This document shows positions 1 to 15,362 of a stretch of DNA of 64,000 bases, one piece after another. Where the stretch lies: contig CAVYKI010000009.1 in assembly GCA_963769025.1 (NCBI GenBank), positions 384,001 through 448,000 on the forward strand, in the 5' to 3' direction. This DNA is from an uncultured Verrucomicrobiae bacterium (lineage in GTDB: Bacteria > Verrucomicrobiota > Verrucomicrobiia > Chthoniobacterales > Chthoniobacteraceae). The position numbers were made by a program, and so were the translations under genes. Every line of letters starts with the position of its first letter. Position 1 is the first letter of the stretch. The notes under the pieces were generated by a model. The model had not been told where the DNA came from. It did no database searches and was given only the letters and a program-made list of their open reading frames with translations.

Positions 1-2
1 GG

Positions 3-1715
3 GTATCGCCCGGAATCGCCCGAGGAATCGCCTTCATCCACCGGCCCGACGATGATCCGCCACCGCGGAAAATCATCACCGGGGGAGGCGACCGGGAGGT
101 GGAGCGGCTGCGCGATGCGCTCTGTGCGACGCGGCGCCAGATCGTCGAACTGCAGGAGCGTGTCGAGCAATCGCTCGGCGCGAAGGACGCGGCGATTTTT
201 GAAGCGCACCTCATGGTCGTCGAGGACGGCGTGATGATCGACGAGGTCGAAAAGATGATCCGTCGCGACTCCTGCAATGCCGAGCACGCGTTCCACACGA
301 TCGTGCACCGCTACGTGAAGAGCCTCGGCGAGGTCGAGGATCCCTACCTGCGTGAGCGTGCTCTGGACATTCACGACGTGGGCAGGCGGGTGATCCATAA
401 TCTGCTGGGCCGCGAGCTATCGGCCCTGGCGGGGCTCGATTCGCCGCGGATCGTCATCGCCCACAATCTCACGCCGAGTGACACCGTGCAGGCCACGCGC
501 GATTTCCTGCTCGGCTTTGCCACCGAGGCCGGGGGCAAGACGTCGCACACCGCCATCATGGCGCGCTCGCTGAATATCCCGGCGGTCGTCGGCCTCCATG
601 GCAACCTCGCGGACGTCGAGCCAGGCGCCGATGTGCTGCTGGACGGCTACGGCGGCCTCCTGATCGTCCATCCGAATGCGCAGACGCTTTTCGAATATGG
701 CGCGGTCGAGACCCGCCGCAGGCTGATCGAGGAGGAACTGACGGAGTTGCGGGACGCCCCGGCGACCATGCGCGACGGCACGCACGTGATGCTCTCGGCG
801 AATATCGAGCAGGCGGACGACATCGGCCAGGCGCTGCGAAGCGGAGCCGAGGGGGTGGGCCTGTTCCGCACGGAGTTTCTCTATTTCAACCGTGACGATC
901 TGCCTGGCGAGGACGAGCAGTTCGCCGCCTACCGCAAGGTCGTGGAGGCCTCGCTGGCGAAGCCGGTCATCATCCGCACGCTTGATCTCGGTGGTGACAA
1001 AATGCACGCGCAGCTGCATTCGGACGAAGAGGAGAACCCGTTCCTCGGCTGGCGGGCGATTCGCGTCTGCCTGGAGCGGCGGGATATCTTCCGGACCCAA
1101 CTGCGAGCGATTCTCCGGGCCAGCGCGTTCGGCACCGTGAAAATCATGTTCCCGATGATCTCCGGCCTGCCGGAACTCCGCGACGCAAAGGCGGCGCTGG
1201 AGGAATGCCGCGCTGAATTGCGCGATGAGCGCGTGGACTTCGACGAAGACCTGGCGGTGGGAATGATGATCGAGGTCCCAAGCGCCGCGATGATCGCCGA
1301 TCTGCTGGCGAAGGAGGTCGGGTTCTTCAGCCTCGGCACCAACGACCTCGTGCAATACGCGACCGCGGTGGATCGGACGAATGAACGCATCGCGCACCTT
1401 TATGTGCCGACGCATCCCGCGGTGCTGCGCCTCATCAAAATGACGGCGGACGCCGCCCACGCCGCCGGCATCCACGTCGGGCTCTGCGGCGAAATGGGCG
1501 GTGACATTTCCGTGACACCGCTGCTGATTGGCTTGGGCGTCAACGAACTCAGTTGCGGCGCAGCGGTGCTTCCGCGTGTGAAGCGCGCCATCAGCACGCT
1601 CGACATGGCCGCCTGCCGCAGCCTCGCCGAGACGGCGTTGAAGACCGACACCGGTGCCGCGATCCTGACGAAGTGCGAGGAGCTCGCGATGGCGCACTAC
1701 CCGGAACTGCTCTAG
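3..1715 (+). CDS. ptsI: Phosphoenolpyruvate-protein phosphotransferase (PTS enzyme I), 5' end outside the window
   Basis: Frame open from nt 3 (VSPGIARG...). Phospho-His motif GGKTSHTAIMARSL, plus GVGLFRTEFL, EENPFLGWRAIR, MIEVPSAA, SLGTNDLVQY, GLCGEMGG. Confidence 0.96.
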   Translation, partial: VSPGIARGIAFIHRPDDDPPPRKIITGGGDREVERLRDALCATRRQIVELQERVEQSLGAKDAAIFEAHLMVVEDGVMIDEVEKMIRRDSCNAEHAFHTIVHRYVKSLGEVEDPYLRERALDIHDVGRRVIHNLLGRELSALAGLDSPRIVIAHNLTPSDTVQATRDFLLGFATEAGGKTSHTAIMARSLNIPAVVGLHGNLADVEPGADVLLDGYGGLLIVHPNAQTLFEYGAVETRRRLIEEELTELRDAPATMRDGTHVMLSANIEQADDIGQALRSGAEGVGLFRTEFLYFNRDDLPGEDEQFAAYRKVVEASLAKPVIIRTLDLGGDKMHAQLHSDEEENPFLGWRAIRVCLERRDIFRTQLRAILRASAFGTVKIMFPMISGLPELRDAKAALEECRAELRDERVDFDEDLAVGMMIEVPSAAMIADLLAKEVGFFSLGTNDLVQYATAVDRTNERIAHLYVPTHPAVLRLIKMTADAAHAAGIHVGLCGEMGGDISVTPLLIGLGVNELSCGAAVLPRVKRAISTLDMAACRSLAETALKTDTGAAILTKCEELAMAHYPELL

Positions 1716-2464
1716 CCCGGCCGCGAAATCCGGCGCACGCATTCATCCAGCACGGCCATGTGTGCGCGGACGCGAAGGTCGAGTGCGGCTTCGGAAGGCG
1801 TCTCGAATGTGAACGTATGTTCCGAGTGAAAATGGTGCAGCCAGATCGCCTCCGGGTATCCCATCTTCGCAAACTTCGCTGGCGAAACGCGCCGGCGGAT
1901 GAGTCCTTGCGTCGACGGGCTGTCGTCGATCTTGCGTCGCGGATCGGGCGGAAGAATTTTCGCCGCCCGCTGCAAAAGTGCATCGCCAAAGCCGCATTTT
2001 CCCCGTGGGACTTCGTAAAGATAAACACCCTGCGCGTCGTAGTCCTCGTGCATCGGCAGTGCGATTTGGAAGCGATGAGGGCGCGTGATTTTCCGCACCG
2101 CGGCGACGACCGGATGGGTGTCGAGATGGAACAGACGGTTCAGGTCGCGCCCCTCGGAGTCGGTGCGGATGTTGTTGCGGAGTCCCCACGGGTTCAGGCA
2201 CGGAAAAAGCAGCAACGGCAATTCCGCGAGGCGCGCAGTGTTGCGCTCCGCCCATTGCAGGAGCGCCTCGGGCCCCGCCGGTTCATCGCCGTGGATTCCA
2301 GCCGAGATGTAGAGGCCCTTCGTCTGCGCGAGCCGGGGAGTCTCCATGTAAAACAGGTCGAAGCCGTCTTCGCTTGCGAGGGGGCGCAGTCGCACGCGGC
2401 CCGCGCGTGCGACGCGACGCCATCGCGCGACGAGGTGCCGGTAGTCGTGGACTCGATGAAGCAT
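1712..2464 (-). CDS. M14-type metallopeptidase / succinylglutamate desuccinylase-aspartoacylase family
   Basis: SAGIHGDEPAG (HxxE), PCLNPWGL...R...DLNR, LPMHED, FTFETPS. Start placed at ATG 2464 (MLHRVHDY). Confidence 0.8.
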   Translation of the reverse strand: MLHRVHDYRHLVARWRRVARAGRVRLRPLASEDGFDLFYMETPRLAQTKGLYISAGIHGDEPAGPEALLQWAERNTARLAELPLLLFPCLNPWGLRNNIRTDSEGRDLNRLFHLDTHPVVAAVRKITRPHRFQIALPMHEDYDAQGVYLYEVPRGKCGFGDALLQRAAKILPPDPRRKIDDSPSTQGLIRRRVSPAKFAKMGYPEAIWLHHFHSEHTFTFETPSEAALDLRVRAHMAVLDECVRRISRPG

Positions 2465-2545
2465 GGAATCCCTTTCGCAGATCGGGGCACCGGCAGGTAG
2501 CCGAAAGATGCGCCTTGAGTCCGTGGAGACGCATGGTCGTATCGA

Positions 2546-3205
2546 ATGATGAAACCGACATTTCTCCCCGCCCTCCTGTTCTCGCTGCTTCCGATGTGCG
2601 GGTTCGCCGACCCGGCGAAGTGGGAGAAGGATATCGCCGCCTTTGAACAGGCGGATCGCGAGCACCCGCCGGCCAAGGGCGGGATCGTTTTCACCGGCAG
2701 CTCGACGATTCGCCGGTGGAAGACGCTCGCGGAAGATTTTTCCGGTTTCCGTGTCGTCAATCGCGGCTTCGGCGGATCGCAAATGGAGGACTCGCTCCAT
2801 TTCGCGGAGCGGATCCTGGTGCCGCACGAGCCGGCGGCGGTGGTGATCTTTGCGGGAAGCAACGACATCAACGCCAAGAAGGAGCCAGAGACAGTCGCAA
2901 ACGATTTCAAGGCGTTCGTCGCGAAAGTGCACGCGCGACTCCCGGCGACGAAGATTTGCTTCCTCGAAATCACCACCAGCCCGTTGCGGTGGGCTCAGCG
3001 GGACAAGGTGATCGAGGCCAACCGCCAGATCCGCGCGTTTTGCGGCAAGGCCGAGGGTGTGAAGTTCATCGCAGTGCGCGAGAAATTCCTCGGCGGCAAC
3101 GGCGAGCCACGCGGAGAACTTTTCGAGGCGGATCGGCTGCATCCGAATGCGGCCGGCTACAAGATCCTCGCCGACGAGATTCGCCTGTTCCTCCCGAAAC
3201 AGTGA
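2546..3205 (+). CDS. Secreted SGNH/GDSL lipase/esterase
   Basis: Signal peptide; FTGSSTIRRW, NRGFGGS, GSND, DRLHPN. Confidence 0.9.
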   Translation: MMKPTFLPALLFSLLPMCGFADPAKWEKDIAAFEQADREHPPAKGGIVFTGSSTIRRWKTLAEDFSGFRVVNRGFGGSQMEDSLHFAERILVPHEPAAVVIFAGSNDINAKKEPETVANDFKAFVAKVHARLPATKICFLEITTSPLRWAQRDKVIEANRQIRAFCGKAEGVKFIAVREKFLGGNGEPRGELFEADRLHPNAAGYKILADEIRLFLPKQ

Positions 3206-3858
3206 CGCGCGCCATCTTCTTCGACGCGGCGGGGACGCTCTTTCACCTCCCGCGCGGGGTCGGCTGGCACTACCGCGAAGTCGCCCGGAGGCATGGCGCG
3301 GAGCTGGATGAAGCGGCGCTGACGGCGGCTTTTCGCGCCGTGTGGAAGGAAGCGCCCCCGCCGCACGAGACGCGGACCATGCGCGCCGACGACGACCGCG
3401 GCTGGTGGCAGGAGTTGGTCGTCCGGGTGCTGGATAAAATCAGCGCCGGTCCCGGGTTGAACCGAGAGGCGTATTTCGCCGAGCTGTGGAGTGAATTCAC
3501 GAAGCCTGGAGTGTGGGAGCTCTATCCCGAGACTCGCGAGGTGCTCTCCTCACTCCATGGACGATACCGGCTGGGTGTCATTTCAAACTTCGACGGCAGG
3601 CTCCGCCAGATCCTGCCGCAGCTCGGCATCGCGGAGTTTTTTGACGACGTGGTCATCTCCAGCGAAGTCGGCGCGGAAAAGCCGTCATCTCACATCTTCG
3701 CCGAGGCGCTGCGCCGTCTCCTCGTGGAAGCCGCAGAAGCGCTGCACGTCGGCGATGAGGCTGAGGCGGATTGGCGCGGCGCGGCAGCGGCTGGGCTGCG
3801 CGTGTTCGAGTTGGAGCGGCCCAAAAATTCGCTGAGCGATCTGCTCGCGTTATTTTGA
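3202..3858 (+). CDS. HAD-IA family hydrolase (REG-2-like)
   Basis: GTGA overlap with upstream stop; FFDAAGTL, ISNFD, EKP, HVGD...D motifs. Confidence 0.9.
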   Translation: MTRAIFFDAAGTLFHLPRGVGWHYREVARRHGAELDEAALTAAFRAVWKEAPPPHETRTMRADDDRGWWQELVVRVLDKISAGPGLNREAYFAELWSEFTKPGVWELYPETREVLSSLHGRYRLGVISNFDGRLRQILPQLGIAEFFDDVVISSEVGAEKPSSHIFAEALRRLLVEAAEALHVGDEAEADWRGAAAAGLRVFELERPKNSLSDLLALF

Positions 3859-4959
3859 GGTCAGGCTGGCCATCGGCTCCGCGAGGAATTCTTCAAGCCT
3901 GTCCGCGATGAGCCGATGGCCCGCCGCATTCGGGTGGATTCGCTCACCGAATAATTCCTTGTTCGCCGGCCAGGAACGTTCCGTCAGTTCGGGGATTTCG
4001 AGAGCAGGGATTTTCCGCGCGAGCGTCTCCATCCGAAGTTGCTCGCGGTACCGGGTCATCCGAAGCCCCTCGTCGGGATCGCCGGATTCGCCGGGTTCGA
4101 TGCCTGCGGTATTCGGGTCGCGATACACCGGAAGGAGAATCCCGAACCACGCATGATGCCCTCGGCTGATTTCCGCCATCTCGACGAGGTGAGCGACATA
4201 CTCCTCCGCCGAAGTGCGGGGTTCCGGTTCCGCCGGAGTCGCGGCGACGGACGCCCGACGCTTTCCCGCCTCCGCGATGGTGAGCAGGAGCTGGCTGCTG
4301 CCCATGAGCCGGCGCACGAAAATTTGTGCGCCATCCGCAGGCATCGCCACGCGATCGGCGATTCCGGCGGAACGCACATCATTCCATCCGAGGCACGCGA
4401 CCACGATGTCCGGCTTCAGCTTCGCGATGTCGCGCTTCAGCCATGCGAGAGCCTGTGTGCTCGTGTAGCCCGGGCACGCGAGGGGAAGCACCTCGATTTC
4501 ACGACCGGGAAAGGCCGCGCGCAGCTTGCTCTCCAACAGCACCGGGTAAGGCTTTTCCGTTGCGTCAAACCGCGAGGGTTGCTGCCGATCGTGCGCGACC
4601 GGGACGCGGTAGCCGAATGTCACCGAGTCGCCGAGGACGACGATGCGGATGCCCTTTTTCACACCGACATCGTGGTCCATCCGCAGGTGCTGCCCGTTCG
4701 TCGAGACGGGCGTGAAGTCCCACCAGATGTCGCGCAGCTTCGCTTTCAGCCGCCAGCAGAGCAGGGGATCGAACTCGAACATCCCGCCCGTCGTCGCGCC
4801 CTGGGTGTCGGATTGAAGTTGCGGCGAGCTGACGAAGATCGACAGCGGATCGACCCGCTTCCCGAGCAGGCGCACGGCGAGCTCCGCGACCGCGACGAGC
4901 AGCGGCACCAGCAGCACCGAGATGATGAAAAGCTGGAGCTTGGTGCGGGGCGTCGTCAT
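3850..4959 (-). CDS. Membrane-anchored SGNH/GDSL hydrolase
   Basis: N-terminal TM helix; VLGDSVTFG, GWND, ERIHPN. Confidence 0.82.
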   Translation of the reverse strand: MTTPRTKLQLFIISVLLVPLLVAVAELAVRLLGKRVDPLSIFVSSPQLQSDTQGATTGGMFEFDPLLCWRLKAKLRDIWWDFTPVSTNGQHLRMDHDVGVKKGIRIVVLGDSVTFGYRVPVAHDRQQPSRFDATEKPYPVLLESKLRAAFPGREIEVLPLACPGYTSTQALAWLKRDIAKLKPDIVVACLGWNDVRSAGIADRVAMPADGAQIFVRRLMGSSQLLLTIAEAGKRRASVAATPAEPEPRTSAEEYVAHLVEMAEISRGHHAWFGILLPVYRDPNTAGIEPGESGDPDEGLRMTRYREQLRMETLARKIPALEIPELTERSWPANKELFGERIHPNAAGHRLIADRLEEFLAEPMASLTSK

Positions 4960-4984
4960 GGGCTGGCTGGATGGCTTGCCTGCG

Positions 4985-6409
4985 TCACTTCTTCTGCAAG
5001 CGCGCAGGTTCCCGCGCCGCGGCACCCTTCGTGCGTGTGAGCGCGTCGCCGAGTTCCGAGCGCATCTCGTTCGCAAATGCGGTCAGCGAGGCGACAACCT
5101 CGGGACGCTCCGCTGCGCGATCCGCCGTCTCGCCCACGTCGCCGGTCATGTCATAAAGCTGCGGCTGCGGCACTTTTTCCGGATGGTACTTTGATGGGAT
5201 GCCGCCGGTCGCGCGCGGCATGCCCACGGCGGAACGGTAGGTGTGCGGAAAGACGAGCTTCCAGCGCCCATCGGTGACGGAATGCAGCTCATTGCCGGCG
5301 TACCAAGTGGCGTAGCCGCGGTGCGGGTTCTTCGCGTCCGGCGCGCCGGAAATGATGGGCCAAACGTCGAGCCCGTCGATTTTCCGCTCGGGAAGCTTTG
5401 CGCCGGTGAGCGCCGCGATGGTCGGCAAAATGTCGATCGTCATCAGGCAGGTGTCCGATGCCGTGCCTGCGGGGATTTTGCCCGGCCAGCGCATCACGCA
5501 CGGCACGCGTGTGCCGCCGTCCCAGCTCGTGCCCTTGCCCTCGCGGAGTGGCCCTGCACTGCCCGCGTGGTCGCCGTAGCTGAGCCACGGACCGTTGTCG
5601 CTCGTGAAGATGACCAGTGTGTTGTCATCCACGCCGCTGCGTTTCAGCGCCGCGAGCACCTCGCCGACCGACCAGTCGATTTCCTGAATCACATCGCCGT
5701 AGAGCCCCGCACCCGACTTGCCGTCGAATTTCGAGCTAACAAAGAGCGGAACGTGCGGCATGGAATGGGCGAGGTAGAAAAAGAACGGGCGGTCCTTGTT
5801 CTTCTCGATGAATGCGACGGCGCGCTCGGTGTAGCGCGTGGTGAGCTGCTTTTGATCTTCGGGAGTTACCGCTGGGATCACGACCTTCTCGCCGTCGTAC
5901 ATCGGGAGATCGGGATAGCTGCCGGGCTTCGCCTCGGGGTGATGCGGCCACATGTCGTTCGAGTAGGGCAGGCCGAGCCATTCGTCGAAGCCGCGGCGCA
6001 CGGGCATCCATTCCGGCTTCGCGCCAAGGTGCCACTTTCCGGACATCCCGGTTGCGTAGTTTTTCTGCTTCAGCATCTCCGCGATCGTCATGTCGCCGGG
6101 ATTCAGCCCGATCGGTGAGCCCGGTCCGAGCGCCCCGTGGATGCCCACGCGCGAATGGTAGCTGCCGGTGAGGAGCGCGGCGCGCGACGCGGAACACACC
6201 GCGGAAGAGACGTGGAAGTTGGTGAACTTCCGCCCCTCGGCCGCCATGCGATCGAGGTTCGGCGTCGCGTACCCGCGCTGGCCGAATGGGCCGATGTCGC
6301 CGTAGCCCATGTCGTCGCAGAAGATGATGACGACATTCGGCGGACGCTCCGCAGCGTGGGTAGCGCAAGTGGCGATGGCGGCGAGCAGGAGGAGAACGAG
6401 CGATTTCAC
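4985..6409 (-). CDS. Arylsulfatase (formylglycine-dependent sulfatase)
   Basis: [18 protein letters not shown] (CxxxR), GKWHLG, SDNG. Signal peptide after GTG 6409. Confidence 0.93.
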   Translation of the reverse strand: MKSLVLLLLAAIATCATHAAERPPNVVIIFCDDMGYGDIGPFGQRGYATPNLDRMAAEGRKFTNFHVSSAVCSASRAALLTGSYHSRVGIHGALGPGSPIGLNPGDMTIAEMLKQKNYATGMSGKWHLGAKPEWMPVRRGFDEWLGLPYSNDMWPHHPEAKPGSYPDLPMYDGEKVVIPAVTPEDQKQLTTRYTERAVAFIEKNKDRPFFFYLAHSMPHVPLFVSSKFDGKSGAGLYGDVIQEIDWSVGEVLAALKRSGVDDNTLVIFTSDNGPWLSYGDHAGSAGPLREGKGTSWDGGTRVPCVMRWPGKIPAGTASDTCLMTIDILPTIAALTGAKLPERKIDGLDVWPIISGAPDAKNPHRGYATWYAGNELHSVTDGRWKLVFPHTYRSAVGMPRATGGIPSKYHPEKVPQPQLYDMTGDVGETADRAAERPEVVASLTAFANEMRSELGDALTRTKGAAAREPARLQKK

Positions 6410-6492
6410 GCGCCATGCGTGCCAGACGTCGCGGGTCATTGTCAAAGCGGAGGGCTTGCCGAAGGCCGTCCGCCAGATCGGCGTGCGCCGCT

Positions 6493-6521
6493 TTGACAAG
6501 CGCGGCAACGGTCGGCATCGT
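6493..6521 (+). promoter_or_regulatory. Putative sigma70 promoter of ileS-lspA
   Basis: TTGACA (6493-6498), 17 bp, CATCGT (6516-6521), 16 nt before the ileS ATG. Confidence 0.55.
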
Positions 6522-6537
6522 CCGCGCCCTTTCATCC

Positions 6538-9319
<2,782 letters not shown>

Positions 9320-9853
9320 ATGAAGTTCCTCGCCGCCATCGCGCTCCCGATCTACGCGCTCGACCAACTGACGAAGTGGTGGATCTACACCCACTTCGCG
9401 CTCGTGCCGAGCGAGCGGAACATCGCGCTTTTCCCCGAGGCCATCGCGAAGACGGCGCATCTGCCTCTGGAATACGAAGTGATCCCCGGCTGGTTTCAGA
9501 TTGTCCATTGGGGCAACACCGGCGCGGCGTTCAGCTTTCTCAGCGATCATCCGTGGGTGTTCATCCTGCTTTCCATCGTCGCGTTTTTCGCCCTCCTCAT
9601 CGGGTGGAAAAAGAATGTCTTCACCGATGCCCCGTCGCGCCTCGCCGTGCCGCTGCTGCTCGGTGGGATTCTTGGCAATGTCACGGACCGCTTCGTCCAT
9701 GGCTACGTCGTGGATTTTGTCCTCGTGGATCTGCACGTCCGCTTCGCGAACCCGTGGCCGGCGTTCAATGTCGCCGACTCCTGCATCTGCGTCGCCGCGG
9801 CCCTGTTCGTCATCGCCGCGATCCGCGATGCGAGACAACCACGCGCGCAGTGA
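9320..9853 (+). CDS. lspA: Lipoprotein signal peptidase II
   Basis: DQLTK, NTGAAFS, GILGNVTDR, VVDF, WPAFNVAD; directly after ileS. Confidence 0.95.
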   Translation: MKFLAAIALPIYALDQLTKWWIYTHFALVPSERNIALFPEAIAKTAHLPLEYEVIPGWFQIVHWGNTGAAFSFLSDHPWVFILLSIVAFFALLIGWKKNVFTDAPSRLAVPLLLGGILGNVTDRFVHGYVVDFVLVDLHVRFANPWPAFNVADSCICVAAALFVIAAIRDARQPRAQ

Positions 9854-9859
9854 CGCCGC

Positions 9860-10072
9860 CTACTGCGTCCGGATGTCTGTCAGCTCGGCTGGCGTGAGCA
9901 GCGTGGCGGCCTTGATGAGCCGGCAGAATTCCTTTTTGGTCACGCGGTGATGTTTGCCTTCGCCGGTGGCGAGATTCGTCACCGACTTGTACTGCACCTC
10001 CAGCCGTTCCAGCGCCACGATGCGGAGGAATTCAGCGCCGTGCTTCCAGACTTGGTTTTGCTGCAGTTTCAT
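9860..10072 (-). CDS. Small hypothetical protein (70 aa)
   Basis: MKLQQNQVWKHGAEFLRIVALERLEVQYK...; protein-like composition; -10-like TAAGGT 7 nt upstream. Confidence 0.7.
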   Translation of the reverse strand: MKLQQNQVWKHGAEFLRIVALERLEVQYKSVTNLATGEGKHHRVTKKEFCRLIKAATLLTPAELTDIRTQ

Positions 10073-10388
10073 GACCGTCACCTTACCGACGGATGAGCGG
10101 AGAGGAACGCCAAATTCCGGGCGATGAAAGCGCCCGTGGCGCAGGCGCGGTGGCGAGCCTCGCCGAGGTCCTCGCGCCAGCGCCTGGGGGAAATGGAACC
10201 TGTCCAGCGAGTCGGCCCCCCGTGCCGGTTTACGCCCTCGAAGGCATGCCGACACGTGACTGGAGCGGCGAGCGGAGCGGGTGTTTTTGTACAATGTGAT
10301 TGACCGCAGCATCTTGGGCAGCCCTCAGTGCATGGATGTCGGTGGGGAAAAGCCCGAGCCGTCGCACCCAATCAAACACCAGTATCCA

Positions 10389-10835
10389 ATGAACAAGACC
10401 CGCTTTGCCCGTACCGTGGCCGTCCTCCTGCTGCTCGGCAGCGTGCTTTCAGCTCCCCTGCTCCTGACAAATTGCGCGCGCGCGGGAGGTGAAGCGCCGA
10501 CACGGGAAATCGTCGAGAAGGCGATGAGTGAATACTGGACAAAAGCAGCAACTACGGTGAGTCCAAGAAGCGAGCTGACGCTGAACTCGGTGAAGTTTGG
10601 CAATGCCTACAAGGCGACGGCGCAGGAGGTGCAGGTCGAAGGATTCCCGGAAGGTGGAACCGTTACGCCCGCGCTGATTGAATTCACGGTGCGTAACTAT
10701 CATTCGAATGAAACCCAAGCGGTGCGCCGGACGCGGGAGGCAAAGGTCTACAAGGACAAGTTCAACGAATGGAAGGTGCAGACCGGTTCGGTGAGGGGCC
10801 AGGACTCGACGACGAAGGAACCGGCGCAGAAGTGA
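10389..10835 (+). CDS. Hypothetical exported protein / lipoprotein
   Basis: Signal peptide ending LLLTNC; coding-like codon usage. Confidence 0.7.
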   Translation: MNKTRFARTVAVLLLLGSVLSAPLLLTNCARAGGEAPTREIVEKAMSEYWTKAATTVSPRSELTLNSVKFGNAYKATAQEVQVEGFPEGGTVTPALIEFTVRNYHSNETQAVRRTREAKVYKDKFNEWKVQTGSVRGQDSTTKEPAQK

Positions 10836-10980
10836 GGGATGGATGCTTCGGATGCGGCCCCAAGAAGCGGCGTAGCGGAAGTTGATGAGGGGAGGGCGGG
10901 AGGCCCGGGTGCAGCGGCAGGGGCGAAAGGCGGGCCGATTGTTCTTGCTGACCGAACGACGCCGTGGGTAGAGGGATTGC

Positions 10981-11445
10981 ATGGACACACCTGAGAATAT
11001 TCCTGCGAAATCGGACAAGCCGGCGGCCTCCGGCGGCTTCTGGAAAAAAGCGAACAAATGGGTTGCGGTCATCGGCATCATCGTCGCGGCGCTGATTTTC
11101 TTCGGCCGGATGACGATGATGGGAACCAGGTACAAGGTGACCGACAAGGAGTCGGTGAACTATTCGGAAAAGGCGACGGAAGCCGACGCGAAGAAGCTGG
11201 GGGATTTCCTCAAGGCCATCGGTTATTTCAACGCAACCACCGAGAAGGATGTGCTCCTGAAAATGGGCGACAAGGAAGGGACCGTGGTGTCCTTCGTCAT
11301 CAGCGGCCTTGGGCCTGACGACACGATCGCGACGGGGTTCAAGCAGGTCGGCGAAGGCATCGCGGAGGATGGATTCGGGAAGCCGCTGACGGTCCGCTTG
11401 AAGGATACGAAACTGAATACCTTGAAGGACATCAAGGTGGAGTGA
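10981..11445 (+). CDS. Hypothetical single-pass membrane protein
   Basis: TM segment WVAVIGIIVAALIFF followed by a Lys-rich soluble domain. Confidence 0.72.
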   Translation: MDTPENIPAKSDKPAASGGFWKKANKWVAVIGIIVAALIFFGRMTMMGTRYKVTDKESVNYSEKATEADAKKLGDFLKAIGYFNATTEKDVLLKMGDKEGTVVSFVISGLGPDDTIATGFKQVGEGIAEDGFGKPLTVRLKDTKLNTLKDIKVE

Positions 11446-11623
11446 TGGCGGTGCCGGGGTGAGGCAGGGTGCGGTGCCCCGCACGGTTCCGGAGGAATTT
11501 GCGCTCCCCTTCTGCGGTGGTCTGGTATCCAACGGTGAAAATGATCCATCATTTCCACATGTGCAGCACATTCAACCGGCAGGGCAGGGGCAGTGGGCGC
11601 GTTTTCCAACGGTGGGCGGGCCG

Positions 11624-13674
<2,051 letters not shown>

Positions 13675-13679
13675 CGTGA

Positions 13680-14813
13680 TCAGCGTGGCGTGAGCCGGAC
13701 GGTGAGGGATTCGTAGCCGACTGCGCGGCGGTATTTTTCCTCGTTCTCAATTTTCTCCTGCGCTTCCAGCACGGTGATGCTGGCGACGCGGTCGCAGCAT
13801 TTTTGCAGCAGCGTGCGGAGGAGCAGGCGCGCGTGCGCCGCGCCGAGGCAAAGGTGCGTGCCGAGGCCGAATGCGACATGAGGATTCGGTTTGCGGTCGA
13901 GCCGCACTTCGCCGGGGGCGTCGAATGCGGCCTCGTCCCGATTTGCCGATGCCCAGCAGAGCGAAACGCGGCCGCCGGCCGGGACTGTAACGCCGTGGAC
14001 ATCGGTCTCGACCGGGCAGACGCGGCCGATGTGCGTGAGCGGCGTGATGACGCGGAAGAATTCCTCGCTCGCATGGACGATTCGCGCGGAGTCTTCGCGC
14101 AGGAACCCGAGCGCTTCCGGGTGATGACCGAGGTGAGCGATGACGGAGGAAATGGTGTGGATGACCGTGTCGCGGCCTCCGGCAAAAGTGAGGTTTGCAA
14201 AGCCCATCATCTCCTCGCGGGTGAGCGTCCGTCCGCGGAACGTCGCCTTCGTTAGCGCGCTGAAAAAATCATCGCAGGGAGTCGCCGCGGCGCGGTCGAA
14301 CTGCCGTTGCAGATACGTTTCCAGCGCCGCGCCCTTCGAGCCACCGTCGCGGAAGACATGGATGCCCCAGCTTGTCCATGTTTCGGCCTCGGCCTCAGCA
14401 ACGTTGAGCAGATAGGTAAGCGCGTGCGACTGGATGGGCAGGGCGAATTCGCGGACGATCTCGATGGATTCGCGGCCCAGCGCGGCGGTGAGCATTTCGT
14501 CGAAGAGCGATTCCACCTTCGCGATGACTGCCGGGTCCTTGGCACGGCGGAAGAATGGCTCGACGATTTCCCGATAATCGGTGTGGTCGGGCGGATCCGT
14601 CTCGACGGGCAGCTGGCGCACCGTCCGCACGTCCTCTTCCGAGGGGATCGGCACGCGGAAGGGAGCATCCGAGCTGAACGTCTTCCAGTCCTTCGCGGCA
14701 CGGCGGACGTCCTCGTGGCGGAGGATCATCGGCACGCTTTCGCCCTGAAACTCACACTTGAGGACAGGTGCTGTTTTTCGTGCATCGCGAAAAGGATCGG
14801 GGGTGTCGCTCAT
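13680..14813 (-). CDS. Cytochrome P450
   Basis: DPPDH..YR, I-helix FAGGRDT, EEFFR (ExxR), heme motif FGLGTHLCLG. Confidence 0.93.
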   Translation of the reverse strand: MSDTPDPFRDARKTAPVLKCEFQGESVPMILRHEDVRRAAKDWKTFSSDAPFRVPIPSEEDVRTVRQLPVETDPPDHTDYREIVEPFFRRAKDPAVIAKVESLFDEMLTAALGRESIEIVREFALPIQSHALTYLLNVAEAEAETWTSWGIHVFRDGGSKGAALETYLQRQFDRAAATPCDDFFSALTKATFRGRTLTREEMMGFANLTFAGGRDTVIHTISSVIAHLGHHPEALGFLREDSARIVHASEEFFRVITPLTHIGRVCPVETDVHGVTVPAGGRVSLCWASANRDEAAFDAPGEVRLDRKPNPHVAFGLGTHLCLGAAHARLLLRTLLQKCCDRVASITVLEAQEKIENEEKYRRAVGYESLTVRLTPR

Positions 14814-14924
14814 GAGCTGCTGGCGTGGTCGCGGGACTTTGTCCGTCGCGGATGTGGATTCAAGGCAAAGCAGGGGCGCATTTGTCCTCGACTCCCCATG
14901 CCCCGTGCGTTCGGATTGCCGCGC

Positions 14925-15296
14925 ATGAGACGGATTCTTCTATTGGCGGTAATGGGAGTCCTCGCAGGATGTGTGGGAAACTTCGGCGGACCGCCGCCGA
15001 AGAATGCGGGTGATTCACACGAAGGGGGCGAGCCGATTACGGAGGCTGCGTTGGGCGTGAAATTTTACCCCGGTTCATGCGTCGTCATCGGTGGAGTGGC
15101 GGACGACGTGGTCAGTGCAAACCTGGAGACGGGCGATGCTCCGGAAAAGGTCGGGGCGTTCTACCAGGCGGAACTCGGGCTGGCGCCGGATCCCGCGATG
15201 AGGCGCGTGACGGGAACGAAAGGCGGCCGCCATTATGTGATCAGCATCGTGCCGTATGGCGAAGGCTCGACGATTTCGATCATCGGGAAAAAGTGA
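14925..15296 (+). CDS. Hypothetical lipoprotein
   Basis: MRRILLLAVMGVLAGC lipobox. Confidence 0.72.
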   Translation: MRRILLLAVMGVLAGCVGNFGGPPPKNAGDSHEGGEPITEAALGVKFYPGSCVVIGGVADDVVSANLETGDAPEKVGAFYQAELGLAPDPAMRRVTGTKGGRHYVISIVPYGEGSTISIIGKK

Positions 15297-15327
15297 GCGG
15301 AGGCTTCGGGTGCTGGGGCGAACAAGT

Positions 15328-15355
15328 TTGACTGCCGGGGAATGGCGGAAAGACT
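15328..15355 (+). promoter_or_regulatory. Putative sigma70 promoter (leaderless) of DUF1080 gene
   Basis: TTGACT, 16 bp, AAGACT, 7 nt, ATG 15363. Confidence 0.45.
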
Positions 15356-15362
15356 GCGCGGG

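Noticed and set aside
10086..10388. Riboswitch or ncRNA in the 300-bp divergent intergenic region
   Set aside because: GC-rich stems are possible but I recognise no family consensus; an Rfam scan is needed.
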